Origin: the human T2T-CHM13v2.0 reference genome, Homo sapiens
Direction: 5' to 3' (one strand)
Assembly: GCF_009914755.1 (NCBI RefSeq)
Contig: NC_060940.1
DNA: 64,000 nucleotides
Shown here: one piece after another, positions 39,491 to 54,253 of the stretch
How positions within the stretch are numbered: the first letter of the stretch is position 1
Layout of the letters: the number at the start of each line of letters is the position of its first letter
Program-made: the position numbers and the translations under genes
The notes under the pieces: generated by a model
The model's database searches: none
What the model saw: the letters and a program-made list of their open reading frames with translations, nothing else
What the model was told of the DNA's origin: nothing

Positions 39491-40162
39491 TCACCGAACC
39501 CCACAGGGAGACACTGACGCGGTGGGGAATGTCTACCCGCCTTGTGTCCCCAAACTCACTGCTGGCCAGCCCTGGTATTCTGCATCCCCTGGGTCCACTT
39601 TCTGCTGCTTTATCATCACTGCTCATGACAGGGCTCAGCAAATGGCTCACGAGGCTGGAAGACAGTGAATTGTCCTTGGCTGGTGGCCAGCTCATAAGCT
39701 CCTCACGTGACCACCATAGAGTGGCACCCACCTGAGATAGTCAGTGTTGGTCCATTGGTCACCAGTGCTGAGAGATCCATTTACAGCCTGACAGCACTCA
39801 CTCTAAGCCTGCTCAGTCATGGATGCCTGTCCCACTGAGCTCTTCCATGGTCATACCAGTAGGATCCAGTCCCTGTCTACAAGAGGGTTCTGGCCACAGT
39901 TGGGATATAAGATGTACCCACCCCTTCTGGAAGTTTCCTCAGATTCTCCAGGCACAGAGCGTCCATCAGTTGTGTTCACATTTGACACTTGTCCCCTCCT
40001 CTGTAGTCATCTGCTGATGGACCTCCCCAAGACTGCATTTCTCAAAGACAAGTGAACTTGGGTTCCCAGGCGAGCAGAGGGAGTAGAGCATCTCCTTCAA
40101 CCCCATGGTCCCTGCATGTACATTAGCAGGTGGCCCAGAGGAGATGCCTCCTCTGTGCTGTT

Positions 40163-40485
40163 TGGATGGATTGGTGGGTGGGTGGATGGGTAGATGGATG
40201 GGTAGATGGGTGGACAGATGGGTGGATGGATGGATAAATGGGTGGATGGGTGGATAGATGGGTGGATGGAAGGGTGGATGAATAGATGGATGGATGCAAG
40301 GATGAGTGGATGGATGGATGCATGCATGGATGGATGCATGGATGGATGGATGGATGGATAAAGGAATTGGTGGGTGAATAGATGAATAGGTGGATGCATT
40401 GATGGAAGGATGGATGGGTGCATGGATGGATGGTTGGATGCATGGGTGGATGAGTGGATAGGTGAACTGATGGAGACTGGCTGGA

Positions 40486-40532
<47 letters not shown>

Positions 40533-41320
40533 GTATGTGTGGATGGATGGATGAGTCAATGGGTGAATGGATGGATGTACATATGGGTGAGTGCATGGAT
40601 CATGGGTGGATGGGTGAATGGATGGATGGATAGGTAGATGGCTGAATGGGTGGGTGGGTGGATGGATGGATGGATGGGTGCATGCGTGGATGGGTGGATG
40701 TGTGGATGAACAGACAGATAGGTGGGTAGGTGGATGGATGGGTGGATACATGCATTTATGCATGCATGGATGGGTGGGTGGGGGTTTGGGAGGGTGAATG
40801 CATGGATGGATGGGTGAATGGATGGATGGATGAATGACTGGATGGGTGGGTGGATGGATGGATGGGTGGATGAGTGGGTGAGTGGATGGGTGAATGGGTG
40901 GATGGATGGATGGGTGGATGGGTGAAAGCATGGGTGGATGGATGGATGGATGGATGGATGGATGGATGGATGGATAGGTGGATAGATGGATGGATGGGTG
41001 GAAGGATGGGTGGGTGGATACATTGATGAGTGGGTGGATGCATGTATTCATGGATGGTTGGATCAGTGAATTGATGGATGGGCAGGTGCATGGCTGGATG
41101 GGTGGATGGATGCATGGATGGATGGATGGATGGATGTGTGGGTGTCTAGGTAGATGGATGTATAAGTGAAAGGATGGGTGAGTAGATGCATGAATGCATG
41201 GATTAGTAGATGGGTGGGTAAATGGGTTTATGGATGGATAGATGAATTGATGGGTGGATGGGTAAGTGGATGAGTGGGTGAATGGATGGTTGGATGGATG
41301 AGTGGGTGGATGGGTAGCTA
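40163..41320. repeat. Degenerate (TGGA/TGGG)n tract of about 1.15 kb with an internal (TA)n
   Basis: GGAT/GGGT units; pure TA run at about 40489-40526. Confidence 0.97.
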
Positions 41321-42159
41321 AACAGAGGGATGGCTGGGTAAGCATAAAACAGTCACCTAAGTTTGACAACTGGTGCATATTATATGCCCAGTGGCATGGC
41401 TCAGAAAGTTTATGATTTAGGAAAGCAGAAAAACTTATGGTCCCCAGGAGATGTGGAACTTGGTGCCAATGACTAGAAGAGACCCTCTGAAGTAGTGCAC
41501 AACCCTGGGACACCAATATATCACTGCTAAAAGGAAGACCATGAACTGATCAGAAGACCCATCAGAAGACTAGGCCTTGTCCTACAGCCCCAGCACTCCT
41601 GAGCAGCAGGACACACCCGTAGGGCAAAGGAATTTTGTTTCCGAGGGAAAGAGCATTTGGTCTCTGTGGACCCTTCATCAAGGGTCATGTTGCTATGGGG
41701 GAGGGGAGAAAAGAAGGGGTGTGTTCTGAGGGGATTGAGTCCTTCCTGATGAAGATGTCTCAGCAGAGGTACAGTCATGTGAGCCTGGTGCAGCCTTGCT
41801 GCAGCATGAGGAACTTAGGGCAGATGTAGTAAGGACTTCGGGCTATGAGGATGATTAAGTAGAGGAGGAGGCTGTGACTCAGTCCTGCAGGCTGTGGGAG
41901 CAGAGCTGTTTCTCATGGTCTGCTGCTTGCTGGAGTCTGGCTCCGGAACAGTTGGAGAGAGGATGCGTAGGCTCTTGGCCTCTCCCTCATGGACCGTCCT
42001 CCCGCACCGTCCTCCCGCAGCCCCTGTGAGACTCAGCAGGGCTGAAGTTCACTGCTGTCATCTCCCTCTATGGGTCCTGGAGATGAGCCCTGAGGCTGGG
42101 AGGTCAGCTGCCCAGGAGAAATCCAAGGCTGACAGGCAATAGTCGCCTCTGAGCTTTCC

Positions 42160-42340
42160 CAGATGAGTCACCACATGACGGTCACCTTCCTCATCCTCCA
42201 CAAGCCCAAATCCCGAAGAGGGGAATTCTCATCCCCAAGTGTCCTTCTCCCCCTTGCCTACAGAGCTCATGAGTCAAGACTCCCCGGCCTATTTTTAGGC
42301 CATTTCTTCAGATCACACGGTGGGCAGAGTTTGTTTACTC
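42160..42340. promoter_or_regulatory. Candidate enhancer module (AP-1 x2, MEF2, FOX, kB-like)
   Basis: TGAGTCA 42164 and 42270, GGGAATTCTC 42221, CTATTTTTAG 42289, TGTTTAC 42332. Confidence 0.5.
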
Positions 42341-42802
42341 TGGATCAGAGCTGCTCTGGGAACTCTCCATGCAGCCACCAGACACTAGAACAAAGACCAG
42401 TGAGGAAGGATGACTGAAGTCCAGACATTGAGCGTGTCTGGTGTGTGTCCCGGTGACAAAGGCAGCCGAACAGACCACAGGGACTGGGGCTAGAGCAGTA
42501 CATAGCCCTGGGACATCCTCCTGCCTGGCTCAGCAGCTGGAATGATTGCTTTGGCTCATCCAACAAAAGCAGAGAGGACGCATCGCCTGGGCGCCATGCA
42601 AAGATTATTGGACACAGGAAGGTCAGCCAGTGCTCAAAGGTCCCTCGTGCAGCCATCAGCTCTGGCCCCAAGCCCCTGGAGGGCCTCATTCATTTCTTCT
42701 TTGCTCCCCATGATGTTCTGAGAGCAAGCCAAGGGCAGGAGCTCCGCCTTGCCCATGTTCATAACCCAACTCTACCACCAGAAAAGACTCAGTAAAGTCT
42801 GT

Positions 42803-43090
42803 GTTCATTCACTTACTCATGTTTTCATTCATTAACTCATCCCTTCTTTATTTAACATTTGCTGTGCACCTGATGTGTCAGGTACCAGTTCCATCTTCAG
42901 GAAACTTTCCCCAGGAGACTGGCAGAAACAGGTGTGATGAGCATCATAGTGGGGGAGCAAAGGAGCTGGGGGACCAGGAACCCCATCTCAGAGCAAGCCA
43001 AGTAAGGATTCCCGGATGAGGGGAGAATTTGTTGAAGGACCTGTAGGCATCAATCAGGCATGGAGACGGGTGGTAGGAGGCTGTCTTGGC
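42803..43090 (-). mobile_element. L2 3' fragment
   Basis: TTCATTCA tail then AACATTTGCTGTGCACCTGATGTGTCAGGTAC. Confidence 0.55.
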
Positions 43091-43091
43091 A

Positions 43092-43273
43092 CAGTGGTTC
43101 TCACACTTCAGCCTGCATTAGAATCGCCAAGAGGGCTTGCTAAAACACAGATCACTGGCACCAACCCAGAATTTTTGATTCGTAGGTCAAAGTGAAGCCC
43201 AGGAATTTACATTTTCAACAAGTTTTAGTGATGCTGATCTGCAGGTCCAGGGACCACACTTTGAGAACCACTG
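43092..43273 (-). mobile_element. MER5A hAT-Charlie MITE
   Basis: TIRs CAGTGGTTCTCA / TGAGAACCACTG; GGTCCAGGGACCACACTTTGAG. Confidence 0.9.
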
Positions 43274-43314
43274 CTTTAGGGAGCAGGAGCAGCAAGGGCA
43301 AAGGTAAAGAGGTG

Positions 43315-43970
43315 ACTGTGAGTGAGTGAATGAGTGAGTGAATCAGTGAGTGAATGAGTGAGGGAATAAGTGAGTGAATGAGGGAGTGAATGGTGAATGA
43401 GTGAGTGAATGAGTGAAGGAACAAGTGAAAGAGTGAGTAAATGAGTGAGCGAGTGAATGAGTGAGTGAGTGAATGAGTGAGTAAATGAGTGAGTGAATGG
43501 TGAATGAGTGAGTGAATGAGCGAATGAGTGAGTGAATGAATGAGTGAATGAGTGAATGAGTGAGTGAGTGAATGAGTAAGTGAATGAATGAATGAGTGAA
43601 TAAGTGAGTGAGTGAATGAATGAATGAGTGAATGAGTGAATGAATCAATGAGTGAGGGAATGAGTGAGTGAATGAGTGAATGAATGAGTGAGTGACTGAG
43701 TGAGTGAATGACTGAGTGAATGAGTGAGTGAGTGAATGAATGATTGAGAGCGAATGAGTGGATGAGTGAGTGAGTGAATGAGTGAATCGTGAATGACTGA
43801 GTGAATGAGTGAGTGAGTCAATGAGTGAGTGAGTCAGTGAGCGAGTGAGTGAGTCAATGAGTGAGTGAATGAGTCAGTGAGTGAATGAGTCAGTGAATGA
43901 GGGAGTGAGTAAATGAGTGAATGAGTGAGTGAGTGAATGAGTGAGTGAGTGAGTGTATGAATGAGTGACT
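43315..43970. repeat. (GAGT/GAAT)n microsatellite of about 650 bp
   Basis: Mixed GAGT and GAAT tetramers. Confidence 0.97.
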
Positions 43971-44550
43971 GCTTGGGTGAACCCAGCTCCCATGGTTGGG
44001 TCATGTCCAGATTTGAGTCTTCCCAGCTGAGCCGCCAGACTTCCAAATTCCTGACCCTCGGAACGTATAAGCATTGTTCAGTGGTCGTCCCAAGCTGTGA
44101 CGCGGCTGGACGGAAGGCTATCAGAGCAGCCAGCCTCAACCAAGTGGGAGGCCACCCACACAGGGCTGCTCCAGTGGGGTTGGAGAGACAGGCCACAGCC
44201 AGGTCAGAGACAGATGAGAGCCAGAGAACCAGTCTCTGACTTTGGGGGCTTGTGAACCAACCAGTGGGATACACAAGGAGAGAAATAGAATTGGCCATTT
44301 TTAAGGGAACGGAGAAAGCACTCTTAGGGTGAGAGAGCTTGCCTTCAACGTAGAAGGGCATTTAGTAACCACTGTGAAAATTATCAAGAAAAGTTCACAG
44401 CTGAACCAGGCCTCATAGGACCAAGCGTGAAAAAGGCGGTCAAATGGATCTGTGTCTTTGATAAAAGCTGTGAGCAGACATTCTGGGACTGAAATATTGG
44501 TCCAGTTTCTCTCTCAGAGTTGCAACACTCTCTAAAAATTCCCCCCAGCT

Positions 44551-44659
44551 GCCAGGCACAGTGGCTCATGCTTGTAATCCCAGCACTTTGGGAGGCCAAG
44601 GCAGGAGGATCACTTGAGACCAGCCTGGGCAAGATAGTGAGACCCCTGTCTCAAAAAAA
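44551..44659 (+). mobile_element. Alu left monomer/FLAM-like fragment
   Basis: Monomer with A tail; TSD AATTCCCCCCA. Confidence 0.85.
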
Positions 44660-44799
44660 CAATTCCCCCCAACTAATTTTAACTTGTGTAGAATGTATAA
44701 AACTTGAGTGTATGCTATAATAGTACCATGAGAGAGGAAGATGGGCTAGTTATAACATTAAATAAAAGAGAGAGTGTTATAACATGTTTATGAACTCAG

Positions 44800-44950
44800 C
44801 ATCATGGAACTTTGGAGTTAGAAACCTTTGCATTTATTCATCTAGACTCCCCCACATTGCAGATAAGGAGACGGGTACAGGGAGGTCCAGCCACTCATTT
44901 CAACAGATCAGCCAGTGGTAGCAGAGCGGGGATCAGAAGCCAGCTGTCGG
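44800..44950 (-). mobile_element. MIR fragment
   Basis: CATTGCAGATAAGGAGACGGG...GCCAGTGGTAGCAGAGCGGGGATCAGAAGCCAG. Confidence 0.6.
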
Positions 44951-45299
44951 GCTGAGGCAGGTGCCCTTTCTCCACTTCAAAGCTTTTCCTTTGTCTGGCA
45001 GGGATGATCTCTCTGTGTGCGCACCATGGTCTCAGCCTCAGTCTTTCCCTCCCCGCTGTGTCCCTCGGCCTCTCTGTCCACCTTCCTCAGTGTGTCTGTC
45101 TCCCTCTGTGACTGTGTGTCCGTGTGTCTTGGCCCCTGGCTGTCTCACTCTCACGCTGCACACACGTCTATGCGCTCTTTTTAACCCCACATCCATTGCT
45201 GATGCCCCAAATGAAATAGCCACAGGGATTATCCAGTATCCCATGTCCCAGGTGCCCTGAGCCACTGCTGGATAGTAGCTCCACTCCTTTTATGGGTAA

Positions 45300-45961
<662 letters not shown>

Positions 45962-46896
45962 CCCATGACCTGCTTCTAGATCATGTGTGACTCCTCCTCA
46001 CCCCAAGGCCCCTGTGCCAAGTGCTCCTCCCTGACCTTCAGCATAGCTGGTTCCTTCTCGACCTCCAGGATTTGGGTTGAAGTTGGCTCCTCAAATGAAA
46101 ACGTCGCTTACCTCTCATTATTCTCTGTCTATCCCTTTTTAAAATTAAAAACATTCTTACTTTGCAATTCAAGTATAATGTATGTGCAGAAAAGCAAAGT
46201 TGTATATATCTAATGCAAAGCGTCTTCACAAAACAAAGCCACCAATCAGATCAGGAAACGGAACAAGACCAACACCCCAGAGATGCTCCTACTGCACCTC
46301 CGTGGGACTTCCCTCTCCTCTTCACTAAAGGCGCTGCCATTTTCACCTCTATCACCTTGAGTTAGTCTCGCCTATTTGAACTTTATATGAGTGGAATCAT
46401 ATCACGTTATTCCTGTGCATTAGGCTTCTTTTGTTCAATATATTTTTTGTGAAGAGTTATTCATTCTGTTACATGTAGCTCTAGTTTATAATTTTTATTG
46501 CTGAATAGTATCTCATTTTGTGAATATAAAACAGTTCGTTTATCCATTCTGTTGTCGACGGATTTGTTTATACTGCCCGGGCTTCACTGAGATTCTTAGA
46601 ACTGTAAATTTATGTTTTGCACCAAATCTGGGAAGTTTTATGTCATTTCTTCACATATTTTTCCAGTGACTTTCCCTCTCATGCCTCTGGAATTCCATTT
46701 CCACATAGGCTGCACTGCTGGCGGTTTTTGCATAGGTTTCTGGTTCTATTCCTTTCTTTTCAATAATGTTTACTCCATTTTTCAAATTAAGTAATTTGTT
46801 TTCACTTATTTTCAAGTTCTCTGATTCTTTCTTCTTCCAACCCCAATCTGTTTAAAAACTAGCAAGTTTTTAAAATCTCAGTCATGGTACTTTTGA

Positions 46897-47366
<470 letters not shown>

Positions 47367-47635
47367 TAACTGGGAATCATTTGTTCTTGAGCACGAGTCA
47401 CACTTCCCTGTTTTGTTGAATGTCATTTAACATTTGAACATTGCATGTGTCATGTCTACATGCACGTGTCAGGTAATCTACATGTAGAATGTAGATGCTA
47501 TGTCAGCAGCAGCTCTGGAATCTGTTGTGTTCTTCTGAAGATTGTTGCTTTTTTTGTTCTAACAGCTGTCATGTGCTGGATTCTAAGGACAAACATTGCC
47601 ATCTCTGTGGTAAGCAGCTAATGTCCCTGCTGTCT

Positions 47636-47937
47636 TTTTTTTTTTTTTTTTTTTTTGAGATGGAGCCTTGCTGTGTCGCTCAGGTTAGAATGCAGTGGCG
47701 TGATCTCGGCTCACTGCAACCTCCACCTCCCGGTTCAAGCAATTCTCCTGTCTCAGCCTTCTGAGTAGCTGGGACTATCAGTGCATACCACCACACCTGG
47801 CTAATTTTCGTATTTTGAGTAAAGACAGGTTTTCACCTTGTTGGCCAGGCTGGTCTCAAACTCCTGACCTTAAGTGATCCACCTGCCTCAGCCTCCCAAA
47901 GTGCTGGGATTACATGTGTGAGTCACCGCGCCGGGCC
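47636..47937 (-). mobile_element. AluS SINE
   Basis: Poly-T plus full Alu body. Confidence 0.93.
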
Positions 47938-49616
47938 CCTGCTCTCTTCTTATGGCTGCAGCTGCTGATTTTTAAGCCTGAATCCTGGAGATTTTCCCTG
48001 CACCTGTGCAACGGGGCAGGCAGCCATGGATCTGGGCTAAGGCTATGCTCAGATTTAGGGTCTCAATGTCTCAGTGGCTTCCTTGCTTCCAGTGAGTACT
48101 CCTGAATTTCCACAGCTCTGCCAGCTTTGGGCTCTGTCCTCTTCAAGCATCTACGGCTTCAGGTGTCTGCCTCTTGAGCTGCACACAGCTGGGGCATGCA
48201 CTCATTTAAAAAGGCAGCAGCACACAGACCTTGCCCTGTGCAACTCCATCTTTCAAGAAGTGCCTCCACTCTGGCGTTTCCCTGCTTATTGGTGGCTGCC
48301 TGGGACTCCCTCTGCATATGCACAGTCTAATTGTCAGCCAGGGATTTGGGCAGAGCTCACCCTGGATGTGGAGTTTCAAGCCAACTTTTCTCACTGCCAA
48401 GATCTCCCCTGTATGTATATACTCCACACCCAGGCAGTCTTGCCCCTCATCTCTGGCACCTGGAGTCTGTCGGGCTGTGATTTCCACCAAGGCTGTGCCG
48501 TCAAGACAGAAAGCTGCAAACTCACAGCTCCTAACACTTCCATTTGCAGTTGACAGTCACCTCTCCTCTGGCTTCTCTTGGCTTCTCATCTCTTTATAGA
48601 GTATTTAAATCATCACTGTTTACATTTTATGAAGTGTTTGGAGTTGTTATCTGCGGGAAGGTTCACATAACCACTCAGCTCTCATGCCATTCCCGGAAGT
48701 TCTTTTCTAAATACTTAAGTATGTTGATATCTATAGAGACTATGACTTCATTTGAATGAAGTATATATACACACATGTGTATGCGTGTATTACTGAAGCA
48801 TAACTTACAGTAATAAGCACATATGTTAAGTGTGTGATTTGATGAGTTTTGACAAATGTATAGCCTATATAATCAACACTCATATGAAGACATAGAACGT
48901 TTTTCACCCCAGAAATTTCTCTCATCTCTTTTCCAGTCAGTTCCACCAACATCTCCCAGAGGCAGCCACTCTTTGAATCTCTATAGCCTGCGTTACTTCT
49001 GCCTTTTCTTGAACTTCCTTTAAGCAGAATCCTATAGCTTATGTTCCTTTGTATCTGCCGGTTTTTTGCTTCACATGGTGTTTTTGAGATTAATTTATGC
49101 TGTTGTGTATTTCAGTGGCTCATTCCTTTTTATCACTGAGCAAGAGCCCATGGGATGAATGAATTATCACCGTTTCAGGTCACTTACTTGTTAACATTTG
49201 AATAGATCTTTGGAATGTTAGAGGGGTTTTGACTGTCACGAATAAAGTTGCTGTCAGCATTCTTATCCATGCCTTCTTGTGGCCACGTTTCACTTCTCTT
49301 ATGTGCCTACCTAGGAATTGAAATGAGGGGTCACTGAGCAGAAGACATTTTGCCTATTAGAAACCCTCGCAGAGATTTCCACAGTAACTCCCTGACGATC
49401 AGTGAGGGACCTGGTTGTCCTGCTTCATTACCTACACTTGGGCTTGTCTTGTTTTTTCCTTTTAGCTCTTTTAGTGAGCGTGAGGCTGCATCTCACTGTG
49501 GGATTTGCATTTCTAGTTCCCTGATGACTGATGATGTGGACCCCCTTTTACTGAGCTTAGGGACCATTTGTGGATTTTCTTGCATAAGGTTGTGTTCAAA
49601 TCTTTTGTCCATTTTT

Positions 49617-49922
<306 letters not shown>

Positions 49923-50561
49923 CTTTTGTCCATTTTTAGCAGGTGGTTTGTCTTGTTCTTACTGGTTTGAAGCAGTTCTTTATATTATTTGATGATCAGT
50001 TCCATGCCAAATCTACACTGTGAATATTTTCTCCTAGTCTGTAGCTTGTTTTTTTTCCCATTTCCTAATAGTGTTATTTAATGAGCAGAAATTATCAATT
50101 TTGATAAAGCCAAATTTAACTTTTTTCTTTTCTGGTTAGTACTTTTGGCTTCTGTCTGATAAATACTTGCCTATCCCAACATCACAAAGATATTCTCTAG
50201 TGTTTTCTTCTGTAAACATTATTGCTCTAGGTTCTATGTTTAGGCAACAATGCATTGCGAATTCATATTTGTGCACAGATTGAGATAGAGGTAGAGATTT
50301 ATTTCCTTCCACGTGATCACCAATTGTCCCTGCACCATTTATTAAAAAGTCTTCCCTTTTCCAAGTGAGTTGCCATGATGTCTTTACTAAAAGTCAGTTG
50401 TATATATGGGGTCTATGTCTAGATTCTCTAATTTTATTGAACTATTTGTCCATTCATACACCAATATAATACTTTGTTGATTATTGTATATTTATAGTAA
50501 GTCTTAAAGTCAGATAGTATAGCTCCTCTAATTGTGTTGTTCTTTTTAGAGATCATCTGGC

Positions 50562-50859
<298 letters not shown>

Positions 50860-51717
50860 CATAGGCTATTCTAGATCCCTTTGCATCTCTGTATAACTTT
50901 TAGAAACAGCTTATCAACTTCCACCAAAAAAAAAATCAGCTAGAGTTTTGATTGCAAATACTTTGAGATTACAGATAAATTTTGGGGAAGATTAACATTG
51001 TAATGGTATTGAGTGTTTGAATCCATGAACATGGTATACTTCTCCATTTATTTAGGTCTTATTTAATTTCTCTCAATAATGTTTTGACATTTTCAGTGTA
51101 AAATTGTTCAGTAGCTTCTTTCCTTAATATACAACCATGTCATACATAGACATGTACGATATGGGCTGTGCTCTCAAATTGCTTAGGGTCCGATAGCTGG
51201 GAGAAATAAAAAATCTTGGACAATGAGCCCAAGTAATTTAAGACATTCACAGTTGGGCTGTGGGTTGCTCTTGCCAATGTGCAGATGCAGGCTGCATATG
51301 TTGCAGGGTCCTCCTCATTCATTCCTCAAACATTTATCAAGCATCAGTGATATGCCCAAACGCTTAGAATATAGTGCTAAGCCAGATGGGTTCTATGGGA
51401 AAGGAAACTCAATAGTAATGATAATTATGTGCCAGGCATTTTCTACATGCTTTCCCTGTGTTATCTCATATCATCCCAACACAGCTATAAAGAAAGTGCT
51501 ATTTTTAATAAACTTCATTTTTAGAGCAAAGTCTAAACCTCTGTTTTAAGTTCACAGCAACATTGAGCAGAAGGTACAGAGATTTCCCATATATCCTCTG
51601 CCCCCACACAGGCATTGCCTCTCTCATTATCAACAACCCTCACTAGAGTGGTACATTCATTCCAGCTTGTAAACCTACACTGACACATTATTATCAACCA
51701 AAGTCCATGGTTTACGT

Positions 51718-52163
51718 TGTAAGAGTTAAAGAAAGAGGAAAGAATCATGAAAAGTGGCTCAACAGTCCAAGATAGGTTTATTTTGGAGAATAAACCTGAG
51801 AGGAGCTTCTGGCCAATTTCAGTCAGGAGTGCTCTGTCTTACAGACTAAGAGTATGGAAGGGTTCAGGGCGAGAGAGCTTATCACAGCCTTAGGATGTTT
51901 CTGTGTGGAGGAGAAGTTTATTACAGGGTTGGAATGTCTCTGGTTGGAGGGAAGGTTACCTCTGGGCTGGCATGTCTCTGGTTACGGAGGGGTTTATCTT
52001 AGGGTTGGCATGTTTCTGGTTGGAGATGTCATTTGTGATTTATGGTCATGCTGACATTAGCCATTAGGCTGATGCCCCTTGGGTTGGATTTAGGCCGTTT
52101 TTGGTCATGGGGAACTTTAAAACAGTGGTACTTGTCCAAAATGGCGATGCTCCTGCTCTGTCA
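51718..52163 (-). mobile_element. MER61-like ERV1 solo LTR inserted in L1MC
   Basis: Reverse strand begins TGACAGAGCAGGAGCATCGCCATTTTGGACAAG; TG...CA ends; TSD TACGT/TACAT. Confidence 0.75.
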
Positions 52164-52906
52164 TACATCAGGGTTCATTCCTGGTGGTGTACATTCTGTG
52201 GGTTTGGAAAAATTTCTAACAATATCTATCCACCATTATGGTATCATACAAAGTAGTTTCACCGCCCTAAAAATCCTCTCTGTCTTGCCTGTTCATCTCA
52301 TCCTCCTGCCAGCCCCGGGCAACACTCATCTTTTGATGGCTCTCACAGTTTTGCCTTTTCCAGGATGTCACACAGTTGGAAGCACACACTACGTAGCCTT
52401 TTAAGACTGTCTTCTTTGACTTAGTAATATGCACTTACGTTTCCTCCACATCCTTTCATGGTTTGCAGCTCATTTCTGTTTAGTGCTGAATAATGCTCCA
52501 CTGTCTGGATGGACCACAGTTTATTATCCATTCACTTATGGAGGGCTATCTTGGGTGCTCCCACATTTTGGCCACAGTGAATAAAGCTGCTATAAACATC
52601 TGTGTGTAGGTTCTTATGTGAATATAAGTTTCCAACTCCTTTGGGTAAATATCAAGGAGTGTAATTACTGGGTGGTATGGTAAGAGCATGTTTAGCTTTC
52701 TAAGAAGCTACCAAACTGTCTTCCACAGTGGCCACACCATTTTGCATTCCCATCAGCAATGAGTGAGAGTTCCTGTTGCTCCACATCCTCGCCCAGCATT
52801 TGGTGTTGTCGGAGTTCTGGGTTTTAGCCATGCTGTTAGGTGAGAGGCGATATCTTATGCTTATTTTAATTTGCATTTCCCTGATGACATGTGTGATGAG
52901 GAGCCT

Positions 52907-53284
52907 CTTTTCTTCCTTCCTTCCTTCCTTCCTTTTTCCTTCCTTCCTTCCTTTCTTTCTTTCTTTCTCTCTTTCTTTCTTTTCTTTCCTTGATGGAGTT
53001 TCACTCTTGTTGCCCATGCTGGACTGCAGTGGCACAATCTCAGCTCACTGCAACCTCCGCCTCCTAGGTTCAAGTGATTCTCCTGCCTCAGCCTCCTGAG
53101 TAGCTGGGATTACAGGCATGCACCACCATACCCCACTAATTTTTTTTTTTTTTTTTGTATTTTTAGTAGAGAAAGCGTTTTGCCATGTTGGCCAGGCTGG
53201 TCTCCAACTCCTGACCTCAGGTGATCTGCCTGCCTTGGCCTCCCAAAGTGCTGGGATTACGGGCGTGAGCCACCGTGCCCAGCC
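52907..53284 (-). mobile_element. AluSq/Sp-like SINE with (TTCC)/(TTTC) tail
   Basis: GAGTTTCACTCTTGTTGCCC; microsatellite tail. Confidence 0.93.
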
Positions 53285-54233
53285 GGGAGCATCTTTTCGT
53301 ATGCTTATTTGCCATCTGTGTATCTTCTTTGGTGAGGCATCATTTAAGATCTTTGGCCCACTTTTTAAATTGGGTTGTTTATTTTCAAATTGTTGAGTTT
53401 TAGGAATTCTTTGTATATTTTGGATAACAAGCCTCTCTTCTCAGATATTTCCATCAAAAATATTTTCTCCCAGTCTGTGGCTTGTCTTTTCATTTTCTTG
53501 GCAGCATCTTTCACAGAGCAGAAGTTTTCATTTTAATGAAGTCTAGCTTATCAATTATTTCTTTCCTGGACCCTGCCTTTGGTGCTGGATCTAAAAAGTC
53601 ATTGCCAAACCCTAGGTCATCTAGATCTTCTTTTATGTTATCTTCTAGGAGTTTTATAGTTTTTCATTTTTCATTTAGGCCTGGGATCCATTTTGAGTTA
53701 TTTCTTTGTGAAGGTCCATGTCTAGATTCATTGTTTGCAAGTGCTCTTTTTAAGTGCATTGATGAGGTTTGGGAAGGTCAATAACTTGGACAAAGTACAC
53801 ACCCTGGTCAGCAAAGGAACCCCAGACCATGCTTCTATCCATAGGGCTGAGCTGGGGCACAGCTTTGTGGAAACTGAGTTATGTATGAGACCCCACAAAA
53901 GGCTTAGAATCACTTCCCTTTTCCCCTCTCACTTCCTTGGCTCCAGAATGAGAATAGAATGCACGTCCAGAAGCTCCTTTCAGTCTGCATCCTCTGACCC
54001 GTGTGCCCACATGCTGCAAGGGCTCTGGTGCCCTCTATGAAGTACAAGGAAACACTCATAAAATAGCTAAATGTGCAGTTTTGCCCCAACCAGAGGTGAT
54101 TGCAATAGAACCTGGTACAGACCAGTAGAAGCAGGCATTGACAATTCAAAGAAGAAATAATAGACAAACATAACAGAGAAAGAAACATAATTGAGAAACA
54201 GAAAAATTATGGGAGACACATAACAGAGAAAGG

Positions 54234-54253
54234 GTGTGTGTGTGTGTGTGTGT
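54234..54253. repeat. (GT)10 microsatellite
   Basis: Visible directly in the sequence. Confidence 0.9.

Noticed and set aside
39966-41516. 516-aa His/Pro/Ser/Ile ORF
   Set aside because: Translation of the (TCCA)n microsatellite.
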